A stretch of DNA of 64,000 bases from Candidatus Bathyarchaeota archaeon (GCA_963767735.1 CAVYES010000002.1:96001-160000), one strand, 5' to 3'; positions 1 to 10,463 are shown, counted from the first letter of the stretch. Notes: generated by a model from the letters alone, not told the origin. Program-made: numbers and translations.

Positions 1-2
1 CC

Positions 3-179
3 GTGGGAAAATACGATTTGCTGGTCTTTGCTGTAGCTAAGAACATTACTGAACTGGACAAGGCAGCGTATGAAATAAGACGTTGCGCGGGAGTAAGGAA
101 AGTTATCGTTAACGTGTGGGCTGGTAAGCCACACCAGTTATTTGAAAACGTAGACCTGCGACCTGATGGAGTGGAATAA
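3..179 (+). CDS. 3' end of an Lrp/AsnC-family regulator (truncated by window start)
   Basis: Manual translation of frame 3: VGKYDLLVFAVAKNITELDKAAYEIRRCAGVRKVIVNVW...*. G-x-Y-D-L-L pattern typical of the AsnC C-terminal (RAM) domain; the stop abuts the ATG of the next Lrp gene. Confidence 0.75.
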   Translation: MGKYDLLVFAVAKNITELDKAAYEIRRCAGVRKVIVNVWAGKPHQLFENVDLRPDGVE

Positions 180-180
180 A

Positions 181-663
181 ATGGATAAACTTGACCACCT
201 GATACTAAGCGAACTGCTGAAAGACGCACAATTATCTTTCGTTACAATCGCAAAGAAGTTGGGCACCTCGCCCTACACTATTAGAAAACGATACGAAAGA
301 ATGAAGGAAGAAGAAATAATCGCCAGAAACATCGTGTTAATTGATCTTTCAAAATTAGGATATCAGGGTAAGGTCTTCCTAATGATAACCATATGTCCTC
401 AACGAGACAAATCGAATACTGTATCAGCCCTGGAGAAAATAAAGAACATCTTCGTAATCACCGAAATAATAGGAACTTTTGATATACTCGCGATCGCCCC
501 AGTCACTGACCTCAAAAGCATCGGATCCATAGTGAACGAAATCAACAAGTTACCTGATGTACAAAAAGTGGAAATAACATGCATCAACAATACTGACTTC
601 CCATTTAATGCAAGTTGGGGCAAATTATTCAGCCAGAAAAGTTACGATTTGGCAACTGCCTAA
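181..663 (+). CDS. Lrp/AsnC-family transcriptional regulator
   Basis: MDKLDHLILSELLKDAQLSFVTIAKKLG HTH start, DLSKLGY linker, IGTFDILA C-terminal motif. ATG at 181 preferred over 166. Confidence 0.9.
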   Translation: MDKLDHLILSELLKDAQLSFVTIAKKLGTSPYTIRKRYERMKEEEIIARNIVLIDLSKLGYQGKVFLMITICPQRDKSNTVSALEKIKNIFVITEIIGTFDILAIAPVTDLKSIGSIVNEINKLPDVQKVEITCINNTDFPFNASWGKLFSQKSYDLATA

Positions 664-933
664 GCAGGCTAAGTTCTTTAAATAAAGCATTGTTTTCAAA
701 TCTCCGCGCTTGGAAGAAAGTTCTTTTCTTAAAAAAGAAAAATAATGGGCGAAATTAGTGCTATTAGGGTTTGTTGAGCTCTCGGATTTTTTTTAGGAGA
801 TAAGAATGTAAGCTCGCCTAAAGTCATGGTTTTTTGTGAATTTGACTAGAGCCTTCGCAGGTCTGACGTTTTCTCAAAAGATTTTAAAAACTAAAAAAAG
901 AAAGAGGGATTGTGGTTGTTTTATTTTGTGGTT

Positions 934-3900
934 TTATGGCTTTTTTCTTAGTAAGAGCAAGCCTACTATGGCGATTGCGATTATTATTGCGATTACTGCA
1001 ACTGCGATTCCAATAGTTAAGCCTGTCATTGTTGCTAGGCCTGATGCAGGTGTAGGTGTAGGTGCGGCTGTAGCGGAAGGTCCTTGTACGACCATGTTGG
1101 TTTCAGAACTTGATCCCCAATAACCGTTGGTGCCTGCGAAAGTAGCGGTGACACTGTAGGTGCCTGGGACATCTGGAGGAGTCCAAGTAAAGTGGAACAT
1201 GCCGTGTGCATCGGTTGTTGCGCTGCCGAGGGTGACGAAGTTGCCGTTAGGATCCGTAGCGGTTAACGTTACAGTAACGCCTGTGAAATTAGTTGGTTCC
1301 GGCTGCTGATCGTAAACGTACGCCATCCAAAAAGGCATGCTTGCGTCAGACGCGGCTGGAACGCCACCTGGGAAGTCAGCTTTCACTGTTGATAGCTGTG
1401 AGCCAGCTGAAGTATCCATAACTGTGCCTTGTATAGCTACACTGGTGAGTGCGGTGATAGAAGTCTGTGGTGCTTCTACTGTCGTTGCGCTGGGTCCTCT
1501 GCCTATACTGTAAATCATGTTGTTATAGCCGTTCATGCACGCTATGTATCCGTTTGCGGCGACAAATGCGCTACCAGGAGTAGACCACTCGCTTGGATAA
1601 TCTGAAAGTGTCCATAATTGTTGTCCTGTGGTAGCATTAATAGCGGTTATCACTGCGCCCTTGTAAATCGGGTTGTTGATAGTGTGCTCGGAAGTAGCTA
1701 GGTAAACGACTCCGCCAGCAATGGTTTGGATGCAGGTTGGATAATCACCATAATCCACGTTATAGCCAGCGTAAGTAGTGTTACCTTCTCCGCCGTTGCC
1801 GTAAGTCCACAATAGTTTTCCAGTGACATCATTCATGCAGTAGGTTATTCCTCCGAATTGACTGCTGTATATGTTGCCGTAAGCACATACACTGAGCATA
1901 GTGTTGCCGAGGCCATAGTAGTCCCAGTCGTTTTGAGGTGCAGTTGTCCATAGATAGTCGCCTGTTGTCAGACTGTATCCTGCCCAGTTAAGAGTTTCCT
2001 CATAATTGAAGTAGAAGATACGGGTCTGCCAGTCGACTGCGCCGAATGCCATAGTTAGGTTGCCTGCTGGCGGGTTATATGTCTGCATCCAAAGTATTGA
2101 GCCGATTGGACCCACAGTTGCGTTGAGGTTGACAAGTTCCAATGTGTATGGAAGTTGTGGGTAGCCTGTGCTTGTTCCTTTGAAACCTGTAGGCAGGGTG
2201 CCGTTTTCGCAAAGCATTGCGTCGCCGTAGTCAGTTGCGAGTACCCTTGTTGGACATACTCCAGGCGATAAGTTAACATTTCCGCCCTCTGCAAGGTAGC
2301 CTACAGCGGTTCCTTGTTCATATGCAGGTATTAGATTTGCTGAGACAACAGGGTTATAAGTGGCCTGCAAAGGCATGGTGTTTAGCCAGGGTATTGAAAC
2401 GTTCCAATCATACTTTCCTGACGGATTAGCTGAGGATATAGCTTCACCTTGCGCGATAGTAGTGCTTGCATCAGCTATGATTGTGGAACCATACGGGATA
2501 AAGACGCTTGCTCCACTTGGAGCGGTACCTGTTTCGCCTATGATTGGAATTGGTAGTGTTGGAACCATCCAGCCGTTGCTTGCATTCATGACTGATGGTG
2601 AATAACTCCCTCCGCCTGTGTATGGGTTAATGTCGTATTCAAATATTTTAGACATGTTCCACTCAGCCAAATACCAGTTCGGATTCGCGGCCGTGCCGTC
2701 GTTCATAAAGACGTCTCTTATTACTTCACCGCTTGGACCCATGGTTTGCCCGTATGTGAGAGCTACTGCAATCTGGCCATTTATCGTCTCGGGTATAAGT
2801 GATGGAGGCTGACCCGGAGCTAGTACTGTTAGGACTGATGGTGCTGCAAAGCCTGGAACACCGGTTATGTTGAACAGTACGTCCCCTGTGTATGCATCAA
2901 AGCACTCCCACATCGATGGCAAACCTGTAAGTCCGCCTCCGATAGCTGCAACTAGTATTGGGGGATAGGTTCCGTGCTGGTCAGGATCCCATAGGTTGTA
3001 TATGTAAGCGAATGACAGCGGCGGTACAGTGGTGCTACTCCAAAGCTGTTGCCCTGTTTGAAGGTTAACGCAGACGGTTGGTCCACTGCTTGGACCCGTG
3101 AATGATACTGTTTGAGTGTAGAATAGGTATCCGTTTATTATTATCGGATTGCTGAATCTTGGCTGGTATGAAGAACCCTCGTAGTACTGGACTCCTGCGC
3201 CGTTGCTTGGATCAGAACCGCCAGCTGGAAAGTAGTTTCCTCCGACAGTTCCTCCGAATTGAAGCGGCGTCTCCCACATGATATGGCCAGTGAGAGGTCC
3301 TACGTTATCTCCATGGTATAATGTTGAGCTAGTATAGCCTTCTAGAACTGGTGTACCTGTTCCTAGCCAGTTTGACGAAATCGTGTACCAATTAGAGTTT
3401 TCACCGTATATTGGGTTGCTCCAGTAATTTGTCGGTAGCGGCTCGCCGGTTATTGCGCCAGCGATTGGTGTTGACTGCACAGTAAGCGTTGTTGATGCAC
3501 TGCTTGGCAGATAAGTATCGTTAACCAATACTGAGCCAGAGTAACCGTCGCCATTCGCACCATAAACTTGCCCTGGATAACTAAAGGTGATATTATATGT
3601 GCCGACTTGGTTTGGAGTATAGGTTATGTACAGTGATGAAGTTGGATCTTGGTCAACAGCGAAAGTCTGTGTTGAGACTGCACCATTAGGCGCCGTAATG
3701 GTAATCTTGTAGTTATCGAATCGGTAGTCATTTGCTAGCAATGCTGCGGAGGTTGTGTAAGCGTTCCCTATAACAGCCTCAGATGCTCCACCAGCAGCTC
3801 CGTAAACGGGGGCAAGCCAACAGTAAATGAGATCGGACTGACCGACACCTACAAGATGTGGTGCAGCTTCGATGTATGCATATGTTGGAATTTGCCACGC

Positions 3901-4008
3901 AGGAGTGTGTGCACTAGCGTTTGGCAGTAATGCTATTGAACCTCCAATTGAAATTGTTAAAATTGCTGCAATCAAAATAGCCATAGTTTTACCTTTTAGA
4001 TTTTGCAT
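934..4008 (-). CDS. Large cell-surface PQQ-like beta-propeller repeat protein with signal peptide and C-terminal TM anchor
   Basis: N-terminal signal peptide; repeated A/C-x-N/D-x-x-T-G-x-x-L-W motifs (NLQTGQQLW, NDVTGKLLW, NATTGQQLW); Ig-like C-terminal region, P/T linker, TM helix ending RKKP. Confidence 0.8.
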   Translation of the reverse strand: MQNLKGKTMAILIAAILTISIGGSIALLPNASAHTPAWQIPTYAYIEAAPHLVGVGQSDLIYCWLAPVYGAAGGASEAVIGNAYTTSAALLANDYRFDNYKITITAPNGAVSTQTFAVDQDPTSSLYITYTPNQVGTYNITFSYPGQVYGANGDGYSGSVLVNDTYLPSSASTTLTVQSTPIAGAITGEPLPTNYWSNPIYGENSNWYTISSNWLGTGTPVLEGYTSSTLYHGDNVGPLTGHIMWETPLQFGGTVGGNYFPAGGSDPSNGAGVQYYEGSSYQPRFSNPIIINGYLFYTQTVSFTGPSSGPTVCVNLQTGQQLWSSTTVPPLSFAYIYNLWDPDQHGTYPPILVAAIGGGLTGLPSMWECFDAYTGDVLFNITGVPGFAAPSVLTVLAPGQPPSLIPETINGQIAVALTYGQTMGPSGEVIRDVFMNDGTAANPNWYLAEWNMSKIFEYDINPYTGGGSYSPSVMNASNGWMVPTLPIPIIGETGTAPSGASVFIPYGSTIIADASTTIAQGEAISSANPSGKYDWNVSIPWLNTMPLQATYNPVVSANLIPAYEQGTAVGYLAEGGNVNLSPGVCPTRVLATDYGDAMLCENGTLPTGFKGTSTGYPQLPYTLELVNLNATVGPIGSILWMQTYNPPAGNLTMAFGAVDWQTRIFYFNYEETLNWAGYSLTTGDYLWTTAPQNDWDYYGLGNTMLSVCAYGNIYSSQFGGITYCMNDVTGKLLWTYGNGGEGNTTYAGYNVDYGDYPTCIQTIAGGVVYLATSEHTINNPIYKGAVITAINATTGQQLWTLSDYPSEWSTPGSAFVAANGYIACMNGYNNMIYSIGRGPSATTVEAPQTSITALTSVAIQGTVMDTSAGSQLSTVKADFPGGVPAASDASMPFWMAYVYDQQPEPTNFTGVTVTLTATDPNGNFVTLGSATTDAHGMFHFTWTPPDVPGTYSVTATFAGTNGYWGSSSETNMVVQGPSATAAPTPTPASGLATMTGLTIGIAVAVIAIIIAIAIVGLLLLRKKP

Positions 4009-4465
4009 TTTTCTTTTCCTTCCATTTTATTTTCATTGAGCGAAAAGCAACATACATACTCTCGTATGCAAATTCTCCCGCCCATAGAATCTCGTTAGTC
4101 ATAGCGCCTTATAAAACTTTGCAAAAACCATCTTTCTTTTTAGCGATGAATATAAAGATTGCTGAAGATAAATGGTGGAAAAAACGAGAAAAAAGGGAAA
4201 AACACTTAACCTTCGAGATAAATTTAAAAAAAGAGTGTTGTTTGAAGTTTCGGCTCTAACTTTACCAGTCTACTAAACTAAAGTCAAGCAACTGGAATGA
4301 CAGGCTGTGTCTTGACAAACAAAATGACGTTAAACGGAGCTTAGATGCATTTCGATTAGAAGCAAAAAGATTCCTAAATTTATTGTACCTGTAAACACGA
4401 ACCTATGGTATAAGCTTTTATACGAATGTTGAGGTGAGACTTAACAGTTAAATGGTTAGAGCTCT

Positions 4466-5317
4466 ATGAACAAACTTGGCGGCTTCATTCGGTTAATGCG
4501 ACCTGTCAACTGTGTCATGATGGGTTTCGCTGTGCTTGTAGGGGCAGTTCTCGCCAGCTCCCAATTTGGTGGACTTAACTGGCTTAGCATCACGTTCGGT
4601 TTCTTAACGGGCTTCACTTTTTGTGCTGCAGCCATGGTTATTAACGATTATTATGACCGCGGTATTGACGCAATCAATGAGCCATCACGCCCAATTCCAA
4701 GCGGTTTGGTGAAAACGCGTGAAGCTTTGGCTTTTGTTGCTGTGCTTTCTGCAGTGGGTTTCTTTTTCGCTTTTAAAGTAAGCGTCGTATGTTTTGCTGT
4801 GGCGGCGGCATCTCTTGTTATAACTGCAACGTATCTTACTGTAGGCAAGCGAAGCGGTTTACCTGGAAATTTTTTGGTCAGCATCTGCGTTGCTATCCCC
4901 TTCCTTTACGGCAGCATAGTTGCTTTCGGTTTTGTCAAGTTTGATGTGGTGTTGTTTGCATCTATGGCTTTTCTATCAAACACAGGCAGAGAAATCACAA
5001 AAGGAATCGTTGACGTTAAAGGCGACAACGCAAAAGGGGTGAAAACTTTAGCAGTCCGCTATGGCGAAAAAAAGGCTGCGATTGCAGCCACAGCTTTTTA
5101 CATTACGGCAGTGGCTTTGACGCCCGTTACTTGGCTTTTAGGTTTGGTATCAATCTGGTTTGTGCCGTTCGTTCTGGTTACGGACTGTGGGCTTGTAGCC
5201 TCTTCAGTGCTTTTACTAAGAGACTATTCACGTGACAATTCTAGGCGAATAAAAAATACGGTTCTTTTATGGTTCATTTTTGGATTGTTAGCATACATTT
5301 TTGGCACTTTCAAGTGA
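4466..5317 (+). CDS. UbiA-family prenyltransferase, probable digeranylgeranylglyceryl phosphate (DGGGP) synthase
   Basis: LMRPVN start, NDYYDRGIDAINEPSRPIPSG and REITKGIVDVKGD motifs, multiple TM helices. Confidence 0.88.
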   Translation: MNKLGGFIRLMRPVNCVMMGFAVLVGAVLASSQFGGLNWLSITFGFLTGFTFCAAAMVINDYYDRGIDAINEPSRPIPSGLVKTREALAFVAVLSAVGFFFAFKVSVVCFAVAAASLVITATYLTVGKRSGLPGNFLVSICVAIPFLYGSIVAFGFVKFDVVLFASMAFLSNTGREITKGIVDVKGDNAKGVKTLAVRYGEKKAAIAATAFYITAVALTPVTWLLGLVSIWFVPFVLVTDCGLVASSVLLLRDYSRDNSRRIKNTVLLWFIFGLLAYIFGTFK

Positions 5318-5731
5318 AAACCGATTTTTTGGTGACAATCACCCGCGCACAATTCCACTTTTTTCTTTTTTTGTTTTTGGAGCGAGCCTTCCAATATTTT
5401 TGGGTTAACGCCGATAAGGTTAAGTGAAAACTGTCTTCCTTGCTTGTGGATGATTGCAGCAACCGGCACAAGAAATGCTGGAATAAATTTATGAGAACGC
5501 GGAGCGACCAAGCAAGTTTAAAAAGCATAAACCTGAAAAATTCAATACTTTAACAAATAGGTAACATCTAATTAACAGAAAATAGAAAAAGCAGTAAATT
5601 AATAATTTTTAGGTATTCGCAACTAAAAACTTTCAAACATAAAATTTTCAGTATTTCTTAAGACGCACATTTACTAAAATATTTAATTTAAAATTTATTA
5701 TCAGTTAACATACCTAAAGAGTTAACCTAAA

Positions 5732-5953
5732 ATGGCAATCCAGAAAACTACAAGTGAAATTCGGCAACTTCTAATCAATGCAAAGTTAGATTTTGAGTCA
5801 ATACAGAATAAGGCATTGAACGATTATCTTCCAAAAATACTTCATATCTGCCCATTTATAGATGAACCATGCGCAACAAAACAATGCGTAGAATGTGAAG
5901 TCTTCACCAACAGCACAAACAAACGAAACTTAAAGGGGAAGCAAAAAACCTGA
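5732..5953 (+). CDS. Small Cys-rich hypothetical protein
   Basis: 73-aa ORF with CPF-x4-C-x4-C-x2-C, preceded by an AT-rich promoter-like region. Confidence 0.6.
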   Translation: MAIQKTTSEIRQLLINAKLDFESIQNKALNDYLPKILHICPFIDEPCATKQCVECEVFTNSTNKRNLKGKQKT

Positions 5954-6040
5954 GCTTGCGCTCAAAGGACAAAAAGATAAGTTGTTGCTTGCCGAGCTCA
6001 CCCTTATGCATGCTTGAACATTAATGCCCCTATTGCTTTT

Positions 6041-6202
6041 CTAAGGAATTTCAGGAATCATATCTCTTCTGCTTTTTGGTTCAACTATTGAACGATATCT
6101 TCCACAATACAGATAGGGACCAGAAATGCAGGTTTTGGCGTCAGCCTTATAGAGTGTACAAACCTTACGTTTGGGACAGCCGCCAAAGTTATGAAATAAC
6201 AT
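6041..6202 (-). CDS. Small Cys-rich hypothetical protein
   Basis: MLFHNFGGCPKRKVCTLY...TCISGPYLYCGRYR; four Cys; convergent with the 5732 ORF. Confidence 0.5.
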   Translation of the reverse strand: MLFHNFGGCPKRKVCTLYKADAKTCISGPYLYCGRYRSIVEPKSRRDMIPEIP

Positions 6203-6421
6203 TTGCTTATATGATTTCAAAATCGTGCATCCCAAGCATTCTTAACCTTAATTGAAACATTACGTTCTGGGTTCTTAAGGCATATTTCGATAATTGAAAT
6301 ATGCCGACCGAAATCGGCAAAAACTCGCAAAAACTTGCTGCTATTTTGAACATATATACGTGCATGTTAGCAACAATTAAATCCCTCGTATGTTGAATCA
6401 ACCATTAAAGAGGATGTTAAC

Positions 6422-7075
6422 ATGTCTGAAAATTTCGCTAAAAAATGGGAACCTAAAAGAGAAGAAGAATCGTTCAGCACCTCAATTCGCAACACAGTTA
6501 CGCGGCCGCCACCACTAAAGACAGCTTTAGATGCAGCTGTTAGAAAACTCGACTTGCAAATCAACAAGTTAGACCAAGCTAACGAACGTTTCACAGAGAA
6601 AGACAAGTCTCTGTTCGCTAAATTAGTAAATGCTTACACGCAACATGATACGGCGCACGCTAACATTTATGCTACTGAACTAGCTGAAATACGAAAAATG
6701 TCAAAGCTTATCATGAACGCAAGACTTGCACTAGACCAAGTATCGCTACGCATAAAGACAGTAACCGAACTGGGCGATGTTGTTACTGCACTGGGACCAT
6801 GCATCGGAGTAATACGCAGTGTCAGCGGGGGACTATGCGGTGTTTTACCAGAAGCCGAAAATGAGCTGAGCGGCATCGGTGATATGCTGAGCGGTTTAAT
6901 GTTTGAAGCAGGAACAAGCAGCGGAATGTCATTAAACTTCAACTCTGTAAACGAGGACGCAGCAAAAATCCTTGATGAAGCAGCAATTGTTGCAGAACAG
7001 AGAGTTAGCTCGAACTTCCCCGATTTACCTCCTGGAATGCCATCTGGTGCAGCAAACAACAAAACGAGAACTTAA
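6422..7075 (+). CDS. Snf7/ESCRT-III family protein (CdvB paralog)
   Basis: Helical protein with ANIYATELAEIRK...LDQVSLRIKTVTELGDVV and EDAAKILDEAAIVAE, and a proline-rich FPDLP tail; typical of TACK CdvB paralogs. Confidence 0.85.
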   Translation: MSENFAKKWEPKREEESFSTSIRNTVTRPPPLKTALDAAVRKLDLQINKLDQANERFTEKDKSLFAKLVNAYTQHDTAHANIYATELAEIRKMSKLIMNARLALDQVSLRIKTVTELGDVVTALGPCIGVIRSVSGGLCGVLPEAENELSGIGDMLSGLMFEAGTSSGMSLNFNSVNEDAAKILDEAAIVAEQRVSSNFPDLPPGMPSGAANNKTRT

Positions 7076-7089
7076 ATCAAGCTAAGTAT

Positions 7090-7125
7090 CTTCTTCCTTA
7101 GCCTCTTCTTTTTTCTTATTTTTAA
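7090..7125 (+). terminator. Oligo-T/pyrimidine tract, putative archaeal intrinsic terminator
   Basis: cttcttccttagcctcttcttttttcttattttt directly after the cdvB-like stop codon. Confidence 0.45.
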
Positions 7126-7212
7126 CTACAATTTAAACAATCTGATCTTTGTTCTTGTAATTTTTAAGTAAGTATTCATGGATAATAAATCTTAAATCTG
7201 CATAGCAAAATA

Positions 7213-7452
7213 ATGCCAAACAATGGTGAAACACTGGACATGAATAATAAAACCTTCGCCTTGTTCATGTTGCTTGTGGGTTTAGCCCTCTCAGTTGCAG
7301 GGGTTGGAATTGCGATATCTTCAATGAACCAAGCGATAGACAGCCCTTTCAATACAAATGTTAACAGCACTTGGAATACTGAAACAGTCGCTATTGTGAT
7401 GGCAATAGTTGGAATTATTATGGTTCTTTATGGAATATTGATTCTTTTTTAG
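7213..7452 (+). CDS. Small two-TM membrane protein
   Basis: Two hydrophobic segments separated by a polar loop. Confidence 0.65.
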   Translation: MPNNGETLDMNNKTFALFMLLVGLALSVAGVGIAISSMNQAIDSPFNTNVNSTWNTETVAIVMAIVGIIMVLYGILILF

Positions 7453-7473
7453 AAGCCAAGAAGCGCGGCGCGC

Positions 7474-7750
7474 TTATGCTGGTTCTATGGTGACTTCCAT
7501 AATGCACCTTTCAAGGCTTGGCTTATCGCGCTTCAACAAGGTCAGTGTCAAATCTGGAATACGTATTCGCCCATTTTTTTGCATTTTAGCTAGAAAACTC
7601 TCCCTAACGCCCAGAAAACCAACGATGGTAACTGTAACTTTTAAGGTCTCAGACGATCCAACTTGAATCATGGCGTACCAACCTGGGCATTTGCAGACGA
7701 CCTGCTTTCTGCAGCTTCGTTTTGAAACTTACTGTTTGGCTCAAAGGCAA
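7474..7750 (-). pseudogene. Frameshifted tandem AbrB/MraZ-like (swapped-hairpin) DNA-binding protein
   Basis: TTG at 7750 gives MPLSQTVSFKTKLQKAGRLQMPRLVR; a different frame continues ...SETLKVTV...ESFLAKMQKNGRIRIPDL. Two AbrB-like K-x-Q-K-x-G-R-x-x-x-P repeats lie in different frames. Confidence 0.6.
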
Positions 7751-7986
7751 CTTAAACAGTCCTCCTCTGCAGGATACTTCACGGACGCGAAAATATTTTC
7801 TTATCCTTCTGTTTCCCTACTTGTCCTTCCATGTCCTTTCCCGTACGCAACCTGCAAACGATTTAAGCTTTGCTTCAAAAAAGCAACCCAAAACGCAAAG
7901 AACAAAATTCTGCGGAAATATTTCGCTCTTATTTTTATCCACTAATGTAAAAGCGTTTAATTATTCTTGTTTATGGAAAAGTCATC

Positions 7987-8565
7987 TTATCTTTTTTCTG
8001 GCGGCTTCTCCCATAGTTCAAGCTTCTGTTTCTTTAGCTCGGTTCTCTTTTTCTGCAAATAGTTGTACATTGTGTGGTGCTGGCAACCTTCAATAATCAT
8101 TTGCACCGCGTTATGTGCTGTGTCAACCTGTTCGAAACTGCCGATAAGCCCGACAGTGTGACCATACACAACTACGTCAGCCTCAGTTAACTCTTCAATT
8201 AGCTTTCTTGTTTTACCGTCGGCACCGATTATTCTTCCTTTTATCCGTTTAATGTCAGATTCTGATCGGCCAAAAATGACGCGCAAATCTATCATGTCAA
8301 AGATTTCGTCTTCGTTGCGAATCAGGCGGAATGCTACTTCAGGAGTAAAGCCTCTGCCGATGGCTGTGGCAACATCTTTTGCTTTTAGCAGCAAGGATGG
8401 GTCAGTTGCTTTTTCTGAGAGCGTAAGGGTGACGTTTCCGTCGCTGTCAACGTCCAGTTTCACCTGAAGCTTCTCTTCAATATACTGCTTAACTTTGCCT
8501 TCGGGACCAATAAGTATCCCAACGCGCTCTTTTGGAATCCTAACAAACGTGTCTAATCCAACCAT
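7987..8565 (-). CDS. KH-domain rRNA-processing protein (Dim2/Pno1 family)
   Basis: Two KH GxxG loops (LIGPEG, IIGADG) and AIGRGF; conserved downstream of RIO1. Confidence 0.92.
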   Translation of the reverse strand: MVGLDTFVRIPKERVGILIGPEGKVKQYIEEKLQVKLDVDSDGNVTLTLSEKATDPSLLLKAKDVATAIGRGFTPEVAFRLIRNEDEIFDMIDLRVIFGRSESDIKRIKGRIIGADGKTRKLIEELTEADVVVYGHTVGLIGSFEQVDTAHNAVQMIIEGCQHHTMYNYLQKKRTELKKQKLELWEKPPEKR

Positions 8566-8567
8566 TT

Positions 8568-9350
8568 TTAACCCACAACCATCTTATGCAACTTTTCAAG
8601 GGGATAAACTTTTACGTTTAACCGACTAAAGAACCTATTCAAATTCGTTAAATCCCTTGTCAGCATGAAATCAGCCATCGGATGTTCGATGGAAACGGAC
8701 TGGGACATGTCAAAAACCACTATTTTGCCTTTCCAAATCATAATGTTATATTCGCTTAAGTCACCGTGAACAAGTTTGGCTTTCTTGTAGAGGCGCTTTA
8801 CATAAGTAACTAGTAAGCGGTAGGTTCGCACGGGGTTAGTTGGAGGCCGCTCTTTGAGTGATGGCGCGCTAACGCCGTCTTTCCCGATGAACTCCATGAC
8901 TACCACGTTGCTTTTGACAGCAAGGGGTTTGGGAACAGGAACCTTTGCTTCCGTGGCTTCCTTTAAATTGCGAAACTCCTTCGCTGCCCAAACAGCAATC
9001 AGCGATCGCGTGTCACGTTTAATGTTTTTGAAGCGAGGGTCCCCTTCAATGTATTTTAGCATACCCTTCTTGAACTCAGCAGATGAGGTTAAGTAAATTT
9101 TCACCGCTAAATCTTTGCCTCCCTTGTCCGTACCCCAGTACACGCGTGCTTCCTTGCCTGAACTAACAACCCCATTGAGCTCATAGAAAACCCCACTGTT
9201 TAGCATGTCAAAAACAACCATGCGCGTGGTTTGGTCAAAAACCTCCTCCACGGTGGCACGCTCCTTTGTCATATCATGTGTAAGCATTTTGTCTCTCCGT
9301 TCCACTCGCCTTTCGGTATGGGCAAGGCGTTCTTGAGCTTTCCTAGACAT
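8568..9350 (-). CDS. rio1: RIO1-family serine/threonine kinase
   Basis: SSGKEARVY, AVKIY, LVHGDLSEYNI, FDMSQSV motifs; start re-set to MSRKAQ at 9350. Confidence 0.93.
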   Translation of the reverse strand: MSRKAQERLAHTERRVERRDKMLTHDMTKERATVEEVFDQTTRMVVFDMLNSGVFYELNGVVSSGKEARVYWGTDKGGKDLAVKIYLTSSAEFKKGMLKYIEGDPRFKNIKRDTRSLIAVWAAKEFRNLKEATEAKVPVPKPLAVKSNVVVMEFIGKDGVSAPSLKERPPTNPVRTYRLLVTYVKRLYKKAKLVHGDLSEYNIMIWKGKIVVFDMSQSVSIEHPMADFMLTRDLTNLNRFFSRLNVKVYPLEKLHKMVVG

Positions 9351-9496
9351 AATATCAATCATGTTAACTGCTTCAGGATATTTAAAAGCATCAACCAAGA
9401 AAAAAGAATATTATAGTTGAATTAAAAAAATTAGAAAACGACGAGGCACGTCGCTGTTGAAGGGCTAAAATGAATATTAAGATTAAATTTTGAAGA

Positions 9497-9802
9497 TTAA
9501 AGAGTTAGTATGCCCTTTCGCCGTAGTGTATCGGCTTGTGAGTGTGTGTAGCGCCAGACAACGTCGCCGCGTGTGTCAGTTTGGAACTCCCAGGGTGAAA
9601 CTATAACTATGTCGCCTTCGCGGATCCATACGCGTCTTTTCATTTTGCCTCTGATTCGGCATAAACGTTCGGCGCCGTCTTGGCATTTAACCATGATTCG
9701 GTCGAAACCAAGCAGTTTAACAACTACGCCTAACACTTCATTTTCCCTAGGATAAACTAGCTCGCCGATTGCGCCTTCGCTTAACACTTTTTTCTTTCCC
9801 AA
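9497..9802 (-). CDS. eif1a: Translation initiation factor aIF-1A
   Basis: CRIRGKMKRRVWIREGDIVIVSPW signature. Confidence 0.96.
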   Translation of the reverse strand: MGKKKVLSEGAIGELVYPRENEVLGVVVKLLGFDRIMVKCQDGAERLCRIRGKMKRRVWIREGDIVIVSPWEFQTDTRGDVVWRYTHSQADTLRRKGILTL

Positions 9803-10334
9803 ACGTAAACCCCTATTTTAGATGCTTGAAAATAATTGCTTTTCGTGCTTAAAAGCGTGTTCATTGAATTCTGCAGATTTAACACGAAAAATCAGAAACT
9901 ACATAATAATAGTGCACTGAAAGCTTTTTTTCCATAAGTCCACAACCAACTCGTGATTGGATTGGTACCACTGATAGACACAGAGACAGACCGGGGGGAG
10001 GGTCATCTGCTTTAATTTCTAGTCAACGGAGACGCCCCTGTCAATCTTTCTATACATGCAATAAACGGTTAAAGCTCTTAACGATTCATGAGCAGCCATC
10101 TACTAAAAAACTTTGTCGAACGCTATCCCTACAAAACCTTAACTTCTATGAATAATTACTTGCAGGTCAAACAGGGATTTTAGCCCAATCAAGCTCCAAA
10201 CCGCACAGAAAGCCCTTGAAATCTTCAGACAAACATCTCTTACAGCTAAGCCTGCACCTAAGGCTTCTGATCTCCACGTAACATTGTTTTTTTTACCTAT
10301 TTTCCAATAGCCAAAATAGTCTATCTGCCACCCA

Positions 10335-10373
10335 TTCAATTTTGCTATTGAAATTTGGTTGCTAAATTGATAC
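10335..10373 (+). repeat. 39-bp quasi-palindromic dispersed element, copy 1
   Basis: TTCAATTTTGCTA-N11-TTGCTAAATTGATAC; arms identical to copies at 15401 and 35715. Confidence 0.9.
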
Positions 10374-10463
10374 TCTCTCCCCTTAGTGCGTTTTTCAAAA
10401 ACCATTTATTCTCACCCAACTAGAATACCAGTTGACCCGTTTGAGTTAGTTTGGTGTTGGTTG

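Noticed and set aside
4466-5317. UbiA/MenA for quinone synthesis linked to cydAB
   Set aside because: Motifs fit the archaeal lipid DGGGP synthase subfamily better.
10139-10405. 88-aa minus-strand ORF
   Set aside because: Runs across the dispersed repeat motifs and has no protein-like features.
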